From contig OZ241742.1 of assembly GCA_965200955.1 (NCBI GenBank), positions 2,951,072-3,015,071 on the forward strand: a stretch of 64,000 bases of DNA, written 5' to 3'. The stretch comes from Rhodothermales bacterium (GTDB taxonomy: Bacteria > Bacteroidota > Rhodothermia > Rhodothermales > Bin80). Each line of letters begins with the position of its first letter. The first letter of the stretch is position 1. A model generated the notes under the pieces. That model did no database searches. It saw only the letters and a program-made list of their open reading frames with translations, and was not told where the DNA came from. The translations under genes were made by a program, and so were the position numbers. Positions 41,170-55,707 of the stretch are shown here, one piece after another.

Positions 41170-41645
41170 TAGAGCCACTGTCGTGAAATTTGGCTATCAT
41201 CCGAAAAACCTACGAACCTGATGGAAGCTTCAAGTTGTTAAGTTCTAATTGAAGCCCTGCTCCCCACTCATTTGAGGGGGAGGCTTCTCATACTCTCTCC
41301 TTCCCGTTATGTCAACACTTCATGTGGACATCTGCAGACCATAAAAGATCAAAAGACAGCTGAGTTGAAGACAAAAATGGATTTGGGGAATTAGAGGGAC
41401 CATAAAGTCCTCAGCCAAATCCGGTTCTTCCTCGTATTGACAGGGGAAACTATTCAATGGTAAATTTTAGGATATCCTGTCCTCCATTCATTCCACTGCC
41501 TTGAAGGTAAACTGCACTGGAGGACTGTAGCCAGAGGGGTTCATTGATGCTTCTGGTTGAAACATCAATCCCAATGGAAGTTCAAAAAGATTCAGAATAT
41601 ATTGGGTTAGGGGCTTGCCCAGATTACTTCTTTTTTTGAATCTCT
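41170..41645 (-). pseudogene. remnant of a T9SS-secreted protein (last Ig-like repeat + sorting domain), multiple stops
   Basis: The minus-strand translation QYILNLFELPLGLMFQPEASMNPSGYSPPVQFTF...VSPVNT parallels IQYTLNLFDLPLGLMFDVSARTISGTP...VVSPVNT of the 43163 gene. The nucleotide similarity is visible (41555-41610 vs 43600-43650). Confidence 0.4.
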
Positions 41646-41650
41646 ACGAA

Positions 41651-42715
41651 CTAGAAGTTACCTCTTGGATGAAGAAACCCTTTTTTTATGAGCAATTCGG
41701 CATTTAAGATTGCACCGCCCGCGGCTCCTCTAACCGTGTTGTGGGACAAGACAACAAACTTGTAATCTAACACTTCGCATGGACGAATTCTGCCGATACT
41801 CACGGTCATTCCTTGTCCAAGATCCAAATGTCTTCGTGGCTGAGGGAAACGTTCTTCATCAAAAATATTCAGAAATTTCGCTGGCATTGAAGGTAAATCA
41901 AGATCTGCAATAGGACTTGAATACGATTCCATCGCCTGACGAATTCCAGCAGGGGTCGTATTAGAGTCCAACTGCACCGAAACGCATTCAAGATGCCCTT
42001 CCAAAACAGGTACACGATTGCATTGAGCACTGATGGCGATGGAAGCCTTCTGCAATTGATTTCCATCCAGAAATCCAAGCAGTTTATTGGGTTCTTGAAC
42101 TAGTTTATCCTCTTCTCCACCAATAAATGGGACCACATTTCCCAATGCATCTAGAGAAGAGACCCCTGGATATCCCGCACCAGAAAGAGCCTGCATCGTA
42201 GTTACATGCACAGCCTTGACACCGAAGCAGTCATGGAGAGGCTTTAATGCACATGTTAAACCGACCGTTGAACAATTGGGGTTCGTTACAATGTATCCAT
42301 TACTCTGCCAATCCTGTTGGTGAATGAGAGCGATGTGATCAGGGTTGACCTCGGGGATGAGTAGCGGAACACGCTCGTCCATCCGATAACTCTTCGCATT
42401 GGAAATTACAGGAAAACCGGCTTTAGCAAGATGTGGCTCCGCATGATCGGCAACGGAAGCATGAAGTCCTGAAAACACAAAATCACAAGGTAAATCGCGA
42501 CCCAAAGGCAATACTTCCATGGATGCCACATACGCTGGAATATCTGCAGTCCCAATCCAGTTGACCGCTTCACTATATCGACATCCTGCAGATCGCTCAG
42601 ATGCAACCAGAGCCGACACCTTAAACCAGGGATGGTCCGCCAGAAGTTCTATAAACTTTTGGCCAACTGCTCCAGTGGCACCGAGAATTCCAGCCCGAAG
42701 CTTACGCATCATCAT
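41651..42715 (-). CDS. asd: aspartate-semialdehyde dehydrogenase
   Basis: AGILGATGAVGQ, NPNCSTVGL (active-site Cys), ALSGAGYPG. The gene ends in TAG. Confidence 0.9.
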   Translation of the reverse strand: MMMRKLRAGILGATGAVGQKFIELLADHPWFKVSALVASERSAGCRYSEAVNWIGTADIPAYVASMEVLPLGRDLPCDFVFSGLHASVADHAEPHLAKAGFPVISNAKSYRMDERVPLLIPEVNPDHIALIHQQDWQSNGYIVTNPNCSTVGLTCALKPLHDCFGVKAVHVTTMQALSGAGYPGVSSLDALGNVVPFIGGEEDKLVQEPNKLLGFLDGNQLQKASIAISAQCNRVPVLEGHLECVSVQLDSNTTPAGIRQAMESYSSPIADLDLPSMPAKFLNIFDEERFPQPRRHLDLGQGMTVSIGRIRPCEVLDYKFVVLSHNTVRGAAGGAILNAELLIKKGFLHPRGNF

Positions 42716-43162
42716 CTTACAAGTGAATGAATTGACCGCATTTTACGATATTGGGCACTCTTTGTAACAAGCTTAACCGAAGAAATTGAATTTGATGCTC
42801 ATCTTAATCCATCATTGCCACTCATAGAATCGGGGGAGGAAACATTCCAAATCACTTTTTACGACAGAACGAATCCATTTTCATCATGAATATCTGATTG
42901 ATGTCAAGAAAGCAAAACCATCCTACAAAGAACCAAAAAATCTAAACCTTGAAAATAAAATCCGTAAAAATAATCGCCCATCGCCCACTCATTGAACGAT
43001 CCACACAAAACCATAGGATCTATAAATTTAGATCATTCTTTTCTTGACCCTGATAAGTGTTGTAACGATGGAGTCCATACCTACCCATCGTGTCTTATTC
43101 ATGGACTGGAGTGGAACTCGTTCAACGTATGAAGTAACAGATCTTTATACCTACGTCTATCA

Positions 43163-46100
43163 TCAAATACTCGTAAAATGACCGACATAAACATCTGCAG
43201 AACCACTGTCCTGAGATGTAGCCATCATCCGATATACATACGATCCTGACGGAAGCTTCAGATCATCTAGTTCTAATTCAAGACCTGTTCCTGCACTCAT
43301 GCTGACTGGAGACTTTTCATACACACGCCGGCCCGTAATGTCTAACACCTCTACCTGTATTTGAGCGGATCTCGGCAGATCAAACACCAACTGGGTTGAA
43401 TGCACAAATGGGTATGGGTAATTGGAGTGCACCACAAATTCTTCCACCAAATGTGCTTGCTCTTGCGTATTGACTGGAGAAACCACTTCAATGGTACAGT
43501 TCAAGCTATCCTGCCCACCTTTGGTATCCACTGCCATATAGGTAAACGGCCCGGGCGGACTAATGACCATGGGGGTACCACTGATAGTCCTCGCTGAAAC
43601 ATCAAACATCAACCCTAATGGAAGATCAAAAAGATTCAGTGTGTATTGGATTGGAGTCCTCCCACCGGTCACTTCAGGTAAAATAAGCGGAGGAATCGCC
43701 TGCCCTCTTGAATAGGATTGATGATCAATGCTCTCACTAAAGGATAGTGCGTACACTTCAAGATTGAACTTCAGACTGGCCACCATACCCGTAGCATCCT
43801 CTACTGCCCATGTATACAAGGTCTCTGGGGTGATGTTTGAAGGAGTTCCGCTGATCGTACGAGTAGACTCATTTAAAGTTAATCCCTTGGGAAGTGTTGG
43901 TGTCAACGTATAGTCATAAGGCATCACTCCCCCATTTGGTGCAGGTAGACTCCACTCTGAAAGTACAATTCCTACAGGATAGAATTGATTTTCTATAGTA
44001 GTGGCTAAATGATACGACTGCATTCGTCGTTGCATTCCTGATCGGTGATGAAACACTTGCCCCTTCAGAATTGATGGCACTGACCCGATAGTAATGAGTC
44101 GTATTCGGCGGAAGATTTGTATGATCGTAGGAGGTTACCGCAGATCTGGTATTGGATTCTATATCCATCCATCCAGAGATTCCATCAAAAAAACCTTCAA
44201 TCCGGTAACCGGTGATCTCTGCTCCTCCATCAGCAAGAGGTGCAATCCACGAAAGACTGATCCTCGTCGTTCCAGTAGCCGTCGCCGTTAACCCGGTGGG
44301 TGCATCAGGAACCGTGACGATATCGTCGGACTCTGTAGTAGCATTGACCACATCTGAAACTGCCCCTGCACCTGTAGCGTTGAGGGGACTGACACGATAG
44401 TGGCGAACGGTATTCGGCCGCAAAGGACTGTCTGAATATGAAGTGATCGTAGAACCCGTATTGGACTCCAAATCCGTCCATCCAAACGTTCCCGAGGGAG
44501 ACACTTCAATCCACTAACCTGTTATTGGTGCATCTCCATAATCGGATGGAGCATTCCAGGAAAGATTGATCTATTCACTCCCCGAAGCGATTGCTGATAC
44601 ATCTGTTGGCACACTTGGAAGTGCTTCCGATAATGGTTCAGTCGTTGCACTCACCACATTAGAAGAGGCACCTGAACCCTCAGAGTTAACAGCACTGACA
44701 CGATAGTAACGAGTCGTATTTAGAGAAAGATTTGTCTCAGAATATCTGGTCGCCCTAGAACCCGTGTCATCCACTAAATCCGTCCATCTAGATGATCCAT
44801 CTGGAGACACCTCAATCCAATAACCGGTAATCGCCGTGCCTCCATCATCAGATGGTTCATCCCATGATAGATCAATCGTCCTACTCCCAGAAGCTGTCGC
44901 AGTTAATCCAGTGGGAGCATCAGGAATCGTAGTGGCTGGTACTATGGTCGCTTGACTACACTGGAAGCATCACCAGTGCCCACAGAATTGATGGCACTCA
45001 CTCGGTAGTAACGAGTGGTATTTGGCGAAAGATTCGTGTCAGAATTGGTGGTGGTTTTTGAACCCGTGTCCGCCACTATATTCGTCCACTCAGAAGATCC
45101 ATTTGGAGACCCTTCTATCCGATATCCGCGAATCTCTGCTCCTCCATCATCAGATGGGGAGCTCCATGAAAGAACAATGGTCGTACTGCCCGAAGCGGTC
45201 TCAGATACTTGGATAGGTGCACTTGGAAGGGCTTCCGTGCTGGACCCAGTGGTTGCAGAAACGACATTTGAAGAGACACCCGAACCAGCCGTGTTGATTG
45301 CACTGACACGATAGTGGTGAGTCGTATTCGGAGAAAGATTGGTATGAGAGTATCCAGTGACACCTGAATTCGTATTGGACTCCAAATCGATACACCCTGT
45401 CCTTACATTAGAAGAAACTTCAATCTGGTAACCGGTAATGGATGCACCTCCGTTATTGGATGGTGCGTTCCACGATAGGTTGATGGTCGTACTTCCCGAA
45501 GGTGCAGCAGATAGTGAAATGGGTGCGTCTGGGACGGTGACCGTAACTGCGGGAGCAGTGGTTGCACTGACCACATTTGATGATGTACCCAAACCAGCGG
45601 AATTGATAGCCCGTACACGATAGTGACGGGTCGTGTTCGGAGAGAGATTACGGTGGGAGTATTGGGTGGCATCTGAATCCGCATTGGACACTAAATCCTT
45701 CCACCCAGATGTTCCATTTGGAGATACTTCAATCCTGGTAGCCTGTAATGGATGCGCCTCCATTATCAGATGGTGCCCCCATGAAAGATCAACCGTTCTA
45801 CTCCCAGAAGCCGTAGCGGTTAATCCAGTGGGTGCATCAGGGACGCTTACCGTCTCTTCATCCGCCGGATCACTCCTCACATATACGGACAGGGAAGGTC
45901 TTCCTGTACCAATCGAATTGATCGCGCTCACCCTATAGTATAGAAATGTTGAGGGCTTTAAATTCTTGTGAGTATAACCAGTGGTATCTGAACGAGTGTC
46001 CTGTTCCACAGCATACCAACCAGATCCAGATTTTAAGGCTTCAATCTGATAGGCAGTGATCGTTGCTCCCCCAGTATTTGATGGCGCTTGCCAAGAAAGA

Positions 46101-47556
46101 TCAATCATCGTACTACTCGAGGCGGATGTTTTTAGGTTAGTCGGTGCATCAGGAAGGGAATAAGTAGTCGCTTTGACTACCTTTGATTTTGTACCTGCTC
46201 CCTTAAGTTTTGATAACGCTAACACGGTAGTAATGAGTTGACCCTAGTTTCAGATTACTGTGAGTGTATGTAGTCTCAGTGTTTTCGGTATTGACATCCA
46301 GTGGTGACCACACTAATTATAGCGTGAGGTTTCTATCCTGTATCCGGTGATTTCCGCTCCCCCATCATCTGATGGTGGATTCCAAGAAAGTTTGATCTAA
46401 TTACCACTGATGGGAGTTGCAGACAGGTCGGTAGGAACTGCTGGAGCCATAAGCGGCCGAGAAGTCGTTGCCTTCGCGATATTGGATGCTTCACCAGTAC
46501 CAATACACTCACTGCACTTACGCGATAGTAACGGGTCACTCCAGGAGAAAGAAACTTATCGGAATACGTCGTAGAACTAGAAAATCCTCTTTGAATCTCC
46601 CAGTCTGATCTTCCATTTGGAGAAACATCAATTCTGTATCCATTAATTTCAACACCTCCATTATCGGTCGGTGCACTCCACGAAAGATTAATCGTATTTT
46701 CACCTGATGCCTGAGCCTTCAATCTCGTCGTCGCATCTGGAATATTAAACGTTCTGAATGAGCCTGATTCAGACCATGATGAATGAAAGCCACCAGGACC
46801 CAAAGATTGGGTACGAAACCGAAATACCGTTACCGGTGTACTTCAAGGAACAGTATAGAATGTTTGTAAGAGATCCACCAGTAGAAATTCTTGACCATGA
46901 TGAACTACCTGTTTTAACTTCAAGATGAATCCCTCTACTTGGTATTTGAGCATCTGGAAAGCTCCATTTAATCAATAAAGTATAGACATCAATAGCACGT
47001 GAGTGCAACGTAATGTTCAAGATGATCGATTGATGAATTTGTAACAAAGTTTCATCAGATTCAAAATAAAATGGATGTCCCATATTGCCCTACTCTACCA
47101 TGTATGCAATCGGAGAAGAAAAAACTGATGGAGCAGAGCACTGTTCTACTGATGTGACTCCTGACAAACCTCCATCATAATGCACAACCATGCGATGGGA
47201 ATCTTCATACTCATGTTCATCATCGTCATTTGAAAAAACTTCTTGTACTATCAATTTCTCTGTGAAAATTCTATGCTGAGGATGAAGGATTATGTGATCC
47301 ACAGACTCAGCACTCTGGCAGTAGTACCCATCCTTTGTAAGGATGATGTGTTTTGAGAAGTCGCAGATGATCTTAAATCATCGGATATCTCTGGTTGATC
47401 CTCAGAAAAAATATACCGCTTCAACGTAGGTTCAGGATGTTCCTAAACATGACTGTTCTGGGAGTAGACCATCAAATATGTACCAACGAAATCATACTCT
47501 GTCGTAATAACTTCACCGAAAAGAGATGATAGGACAAATAAAAAAACATCAGCATA
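43163..47556 (-). pseudogene. giant T9SS surface protein (signal peptide, ~9-10 FN3 repeats, 2 Ig-like He_PIG repeats, Por sorting domain) broken into at least 7 pieces
   Basis: Six ORF-track pieces, plus unlisted frames, all read the same repeat: PDAPTGLTATASGSxTIxLSWxAPSxxGGAxITGYxIEVSPxGxSxWxDL...NLSPNTTxxYRVSAINSxG. In-frame TAGs lie at 44571-44573 and 44514-44516. Frameshifts lie at about 44945, 44030, 46230-46330, 46480 and 46800. The C-terminus is NYPYPFVHSTQLVFDLP...GSYVYRM. Confidence 0.75.
44080..46800 (-). repeat. tandem array of diverged ~0.3-kb (about 100-104 codon) FN3-encoding repeats
   Basis: LSW motifs recur at aa 43, 147 and 250 of the 427-aa piece. The copies are clearly related at nucleotide level but not identical. 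Confidence 0.8.
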
Positions 47557-48854
47557 AGTCTAAATGAACAAAAACAAAGAAAATCAATGAAGTACCAAAT
47601 AGATCAGTTGAATTTATTACTTTCAACTCCTACAACAATTTATTTTTACCCTGACGTACTTATGAAGCGATCTCAAGTCAAGGCATACTACTTTTCATAC
47701 AAAAATTCTAATTAAGATTGTCCTGCACAGATCTTTGAAGATTGCACAGTAGGACAGGGTGAAGAACTGATAGCCCAAAAATGTACATGTGCGAATTTTG
47801 AGTGCACACGATGATCCCCCTACAAAATCCAAGTGGACTCTGTGCGGAAGGAGAACTCATCATCCAAATATTCAGACCATTCGCAGGCTTAGATGATAAA
47901 CCACGATCTATAATGAGATTTAGAAAATATTCAATAGGTTGACAGACTCCAGGAGGGTTGAATGGGAGTCCATCAGAATAAAGATGGATGCACGATGCTC
48001 TATCCGCGGGGAATCATCATAATGGGGAGCGGGGAGGAAGGCAGGATCCTTTTCAAATTGACTGATAACCAAGGATTCCCACAGTGAGTCAGATGCATCA
48101 AGGGGAAGGTCTTCGAATCCTCGAATAAACAGCAGAAACATTCCCAACTCATACAGACAGAGATGAGACATCAGAATACCTCGCACTAAGAACCTGCAAT
48201 GTGGTCACACGCACAGCCTTAACACCAAATACGCTTTTGGAAATGTTGGGGAGTTCAACTTATCAAACAACATAGATACCTGTCTGAGATACATATCATC
48301 CAAATCAATGGTGTGACGGAGGCTTTTATTTCACAGAGGGTAGTGAGGCATATTCTCCACGCGAAAACTCTCTGGATAGAGGTTCAAGAAATAGATCTAT
48401 GCCCTTATATCATAATACGTATAGAGAAGAACTTCAAAAAACGCAAAACTATAGAAAACTGAAGCACACCAAAATATATTCCTTCGTAAGGCAACCAGAC
48501 AATCGTGCTCCACCCTATCCTTTTACTACTTCGACTTGGAGTTACTGGCCATCAATCTGATATAATTGGGGCGATTGCATCATGCAAGGATGATTGCTGA
48601 TAGTTTGATCATCAAGGGTTTGAAACAACTCAATAAAAGCGTCAAGCATACAAAGTAAGATGTGAACTTACTCGGGGATTGAAATTGCTGTAGAACTGAA
48701 TGATTTCTATTGCAAATCAAGAACTCCTCCCAGCCGTCAAGGGTCATGGTATTGGAGAACAACGCGACATAGGATTCCAGATGGAAGGATGGATCAATTT
48801 TAAGTAAAGAGGTTCAAAACGTTGATGCAATGATGATCCCAAAACACCGAATGA

Positions 48855-51594
<2,740 letters not shown>

Positions 51595-51737
51595 CTAATA
51601 TACAACAAAAATTAATAAAAGTTGCATTTTTGTGAAATTTTGTGAAAATAGTGCCGATTTGTTGTCATATTTATGACCCGGGTAAATAGCTAAGGTCTAA
51701 GATAACCCCTTCTGCGACTTGTGTTACGTGTATCTCT

Positions 51738-52900
51738 ATGATCTGTGATAGATTAAAACTATTCAAAAAATGGGGGAACGATTTAGTCACAAGACTAATT
51801 CGTCCGAAATACTGCAAGTCAACGAAAATGAGGAAAGCCACATTAATCTTCAAGTCATGTGTTCGTATCATCAGGAAAAAAGAACTTGTGCATCACTGGT
51901 CTTTTCTTGATACACACGGTGAAAAACTACCGGCACATGCATTGATGGCATTCAAGTATTGGGAATACGAGATCCAATATTACTCTCTCAATGTTCTTCG
52001 TGATGTTAGCCTACATTTAGCGGCTCATGGCTCATTTTGGAGGCCTTTTCTCAAAGATTCTGAGCTTACCCCATCAATGAAAATGGAAATTGAATCCGTT
52101 CTCAAAGATGTGAATGATCTCATTGTGTCATCCCATGCCAGTTTTAACCAAGTAAAATCTCAATTGTGTCATCTGCAATCTCTTGTTCCTTTTGTCAGAT
52201 GAAGATTCTATTTCCATTGAGGCTGTCCCAACTCCTGCTTTTGAGATTGTCTCTAAAGCAGAAGTTAAGGTCGGCACTTTTACTGGCGCTAAAATTCCAC
52301 TCTCCTGACATGGAGAAGGTACTCAAAGCCTTGCAGTTTTGATGCTATTTTTCGCTTTTCTGAAAAGTCATCCGAAAAATACTTCAATTTTAGCATTGGA
52401 GGAACCAGAAGCTCATCTACATCCATCAGCAACCCGAATTTTATGGATGCTCATTCAAGATTGTGCACATCAACGAATAATTTCAACCCACAGCGGTGAA
52501 CTCATTTCAGGTGCAGAAATGGTGATATTAGACATCTATCCCGAACCTCCGATGGAATTCAGGCATTTCAAATATCTAATGATCATTTATCTGACGAGAA
52601 AACCTTGAAATTCAATCACCATATTAGAAGAAGTAGAGGAGAATTGTTATTCGCACGTTGCTAGTTATTAGTAGAAGGGCAAACTGAAGTATGGATTTAT
52701 GAAGCAGCCGCTCAAACTTGTAACATTGATCTCCATCAAGCAGGCATCCTATTCGTTGAATTTCAACAATCTGGTGGAGTAGAAATGCTCGTCAAAGTGG
52801 CTAATCCCTTAGGAATTGAATGGTACTGAGTTGGAGATAACGATCATGAGTCTTCTAAAATTTAAAGCACGTCACTATTTTCGAGAAAAAGTGTCCCTCA
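51738..52900 (+). pseudogene. OLD-family (ABC-ATPase + Toprim) nuclease, 5'-truncated and decayed
   Basis: IPLS-TGA(52306)-HGEGTQSLAVLMLF...ILALEEPEAHLHPSA...IISTHSGEL, with a frameshift near 52520. Then RGELLFARC-TAG(52662)-LLVEGQTEVW...GIEWY-TGA(52827)-VGDNDHE (Toprim ExG...DxD). No Walker A region remains. Assignment of the first ORF (51738-52202) is weak. Confidence 0.55.
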
Positions 52901-53117
52901 TCATCGTATAGGGTGGTTTGACTAGCAGAGGTAGGAAACGACTTATGAAGTCTACCAATGGGTGTTTGAACAACGAAATCGAGTACCCGTAGGACATTAG
53001 AATCGTGCCGACATCGTGACTCTAAACCCCCATTAGATGGAACAGCAGATAGTTCCACGAGGTGCATTAGACTTTGAATTGATGAAAGTTTGAACCAGTT
53101 CAACATTACGTAGTAAC

Positions 53118-53384
53118 GTGCATGTTAAGAATCTTAAACATGAAATTTTCATGATACCTCAAGATGTTGAGAAAGTCTGCAAAACCAAGGTGGAACTTCT
53201 TGCTGCACTTCAAGATGTAGAAGTATCTGACGAAGTGTGGATTGAATTATCTAACATCGTGGGTAAATTCTTTGCCCAACGAGCAACATTGAAAGCCAAT
53301 CAAGTTGTAGATAAAGAAGGCTGGACTGAAGATGATTTTCACCGTCTTGCACATACGCACATGCGTACTCCTTACCGTCCTTGA
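53118..53384 (+). CDS. putative antitoxin of the adjacent PIN toxin
   Basis: An 88-aa acidic protein that ends 3 nt before the PIN gene ATG. The call rests on position and size only. Confidence 0.4.
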   Translation: MHVKNLKHEIFMIPQDVEKVCKTKVELLAALQDVEVSDEVWIELSNIVGKFFAQRATLKANQVVDKEGWTEDDFHRLAHTHMRTPYRP

Positions 53385-53387
53385 ACA

Positions 53388-53805
53388 ATGTGCCTCCGAT
53401 CCGTAATTGATACGAACATTCTTCTAGTCTCAATTTCGGACAGATCACCTTATCATTGGTTTTTGATGGGCTACATAAGGGTTTCTATTCCCTATTATTA
53501 GTACGCAGATTGCTCTTGAATACGAAGAAGTAATTGGGCAAAAAATGGGACAAAGCGCAGCCTCAGATGTGATTGAAGCCCTTGAATGTCTTTCTAACGT
53601 ATTGCTTATCTCTAAACACTATCAATGGAACATGATAAAATCTGATCCAGATGATAACAAGTTTACGGATTGTGCAGTTGCCGGAAGAGCTGACTGTATA
53701 GTAACCTACGATAAGCATTTCAAAGAACTGAATCAAACTCATTTCCCTTCTATCTCAACGGTAACTCCCGAAGAATTCAAAATCTTACTGAATAGTCCAT
53801 CTTGA
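53388..53805 (+). pseudogene. PIN-domain toxin (TIGR00305-like), two frameshifts
   Basis: Frame a reads MCLRSVIDTNILLVSISDRSPYHW. Frame b reads FDGLHKGFYSLLL, after the shift at the T5 run 53460-53464. Frame c reads TQIALEYEEVIGQ...KSDPDDNKFTDCAVAGRADCIVTYDKHF, after the shift near 53500. Confidence 0.65.
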
Positions 53806-54247
53806 ATGATGTGTTGCGGTCTATAACTATCAATGCAAGGTTTTGCCCATTTTTTCACTTAGAAACAATTCTTAATTAATTCTTTCGACCGCCAATTCAT
53901 CTTTTCTACACAGGTTTGTATATCCGAACAATTCGTAATGCGAGAAGAATTAGTTACACCAATCAAAACGATATAGTGCAGTTGATGGACATTAGTCTTC
54001 AAGTTGATACTCCTGAGCTATCCAAGGACAACACAAACAGTCCTCCACTTAACTTTAACCTTTTTGTACTATGAACAACCTACAACCTTTCTCTGTATCG
54101 GGAGAATATCCATGCGAATCAAGTTCCTATCAAAATACGAATTGATGCTACATCTCAAGTACGCGATGCTATTTTCATGCTAATCAAAGATCTCGGAATG
54201 AGTCCAATCAAATGCGTGATGGAGTATGTGGAGTCCTTCTGGTTCGC

Positions 54248-55702
54248 TCACCTGCGGGGCAAATCCCCCACTCCCTTCGTTGGTAAAGCAATAAATCCTG
54301 ATAAGTAAGCATCTGCATGTCGTGCCGCTTCACGGCCTTCACTGATTGCCCATACCACTAAGGACTGTCCTCTACGAGCATCCCCCGCAGCAAAAATTCC
54401 GGGCATATTCGTCTGATACTGATGATCCGTCTTAAAATTACTGCGTCGGTCAAGTTTAATCCCAAGAGGATCCGCGATACCATCTGACTCGGGTCCGCTG
54501 TATCCAATGGCAAGAAGAACCAAATCAGCTGGCCAGTCTTGATGGGTATCTGGATGTTCAATAATTTTCTGCCCCTTGAACTCGGTCCGAACCGTTTTCA
54601 AACTTTTCACTTGACCATGTTTGCCCATAAATTCCTTGGTCATGATACTCCAGTGACGATCACCGCCTTCCTGATGCGAGGAACTGGTTCGAAGAACCAT
54701 CGGGTAATAAGGCCAAGGTTGATGATCTGGACGCTCATCAGGAGGAGTAGGCAGGAGTTCAAACTGCGTTACAGACTTGGCACCCTGTCGATTTGCCGTC
54801 CCTACACAGTCGCTACCAGTATCCCCTCCACCGATGACGATGACATGTTTTCCAGCTGCATTGATCTGATGAATATTCTCCCGGCACAGATCATCACCTA
54901 GATTAAGCTTATTCTGTTGACGCAGATAATCAAATGCATAGTGAATTCCCGTTAATTTTCGTCCTCGTACGGGTAGATTTCGAGGCTTGGTGGCACCTGT
55001 ACAAATGATCACAGCATCAAACTCCTGAAGGCGTGAACATGCATAAGAACCGCCTACATTGGCACGGGTGATAAACTGAATCCCGCTTTTTTTCAAAAGA
55101 TCCAAACGACGATCCAAGACCCATTTCTCTAACTTAAAGTCAGGAATCCCATAGCGGAGGAGCCCTCCAATTCTGTCATCCCGTTCTAATACGGTGACGC
55201 GATGACCCGCTTGATTCATCTGATCAGCAGCCGCGAGCCCCGCAGGACCTGAACCGATGACCGCGACCTGCTTCCCAGTCCGCCGAGCAGGCTGTTGAGA
55301 CTTTACCCATCCCTCACGAAATGCATACTCAATAATTTCCTGCTCAATCTGCTCAATCGTCACAGGATCGTCAATGATGCCAAGCACACATGCAGTTTCA
55401 CAGGGGGCGGGACAAATTCGACCGGTAAATTCTGGAAAATTATTGGTAGCCGTGAGTCGTTGATAAGCTGCTTTCCAATCTCCTTGATAAACAAGATCAT
55501 TCCAGTCGGGAATGACATTCCCGAGCGGACAGCCAGATTGACAAAATGGAATCCCGCAATCCATACATCTGGCAGCCTGATGACGCAGACTCTCTTCCGC
55601 AAATGGTTCATACACCTCACGCCAGTCCTGAAGTCGATCCCCGACAGATCGATAAGCAGGCAGCTCCCGCTGATACTCAATAAATCCGGTCGTTTTTCCC
55701 AT
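54248..55702 (-). CDS. gltD: glutamate synthase small subunit (NADPH)
   Basis: MGKTTGFIEYQRELP starts at the ATG at 55702, 5 nt after the gltB stop. CMDCGIPFC is the Fe-S site, and VAVIGSGPAGLAAA is the dinucleotide fold. The ORF-track start at 55828 is an extension into gltB. Confidence 0.9.
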   Translation of the reverse strand: MGKTTGFIEYQRELPAYRSVGDRLQDWREVYEPFAEESLRHQAARCMDCGIPFCQSGCPLGNVIPDWNDLVYQGDWKAAYQRLTATNNFPEFTGRICPAPCETACVLGIIDDPVTIEQIEQEIIEYAFREGWVKSQQPARRTGKQVAVIGSGPAGLAAADQMNQAGHRVTVLERDDRIGGLLRYGIPDFKLEKWVLDRRLDLLKKSGIQFITRANVGGSYACSRLQEFDAVIICTGATKPRNLPVRGRKLTGIHYAFDYLRQQNKLNLGDDLCRENIHQINAAGKHVIVIGGGDTGSDCVGTANRQGAKSVTQFELLPTPPDERPDHQPWPYYPMVLRTSSSHQEGGDRHWSIMTKEFMGKHGQVKSLKTVRTEFKGQKIIEHPDTHQDWPADLVLLAIGYSGPESDGIADPLGIKLDRRSNFKTDHQYQTNMPGIFAAGDARRGQSLVVWAISEGREAARHADAYLSGFIALPTKGVGDLPRR

Positions 55703-55707
55703 GATGG

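Noticed and set aside
44080-46800. CRISPR-like or satellite array suggested by ~0.3-kb periodicity
   Set aside because: The units are diverged protein-coding FN3 repeats with no short direct repeats or spacers. No CRISPR array or cas gene is visible anywhere in the window.
52855-53106. 83-aa minus-strand ORF between the OLD remnant and the antitoxin
   Set aside because: It has no motif and overlaps the decayed 3' end of the OLD gene on the other strand, so it is probably spurious.
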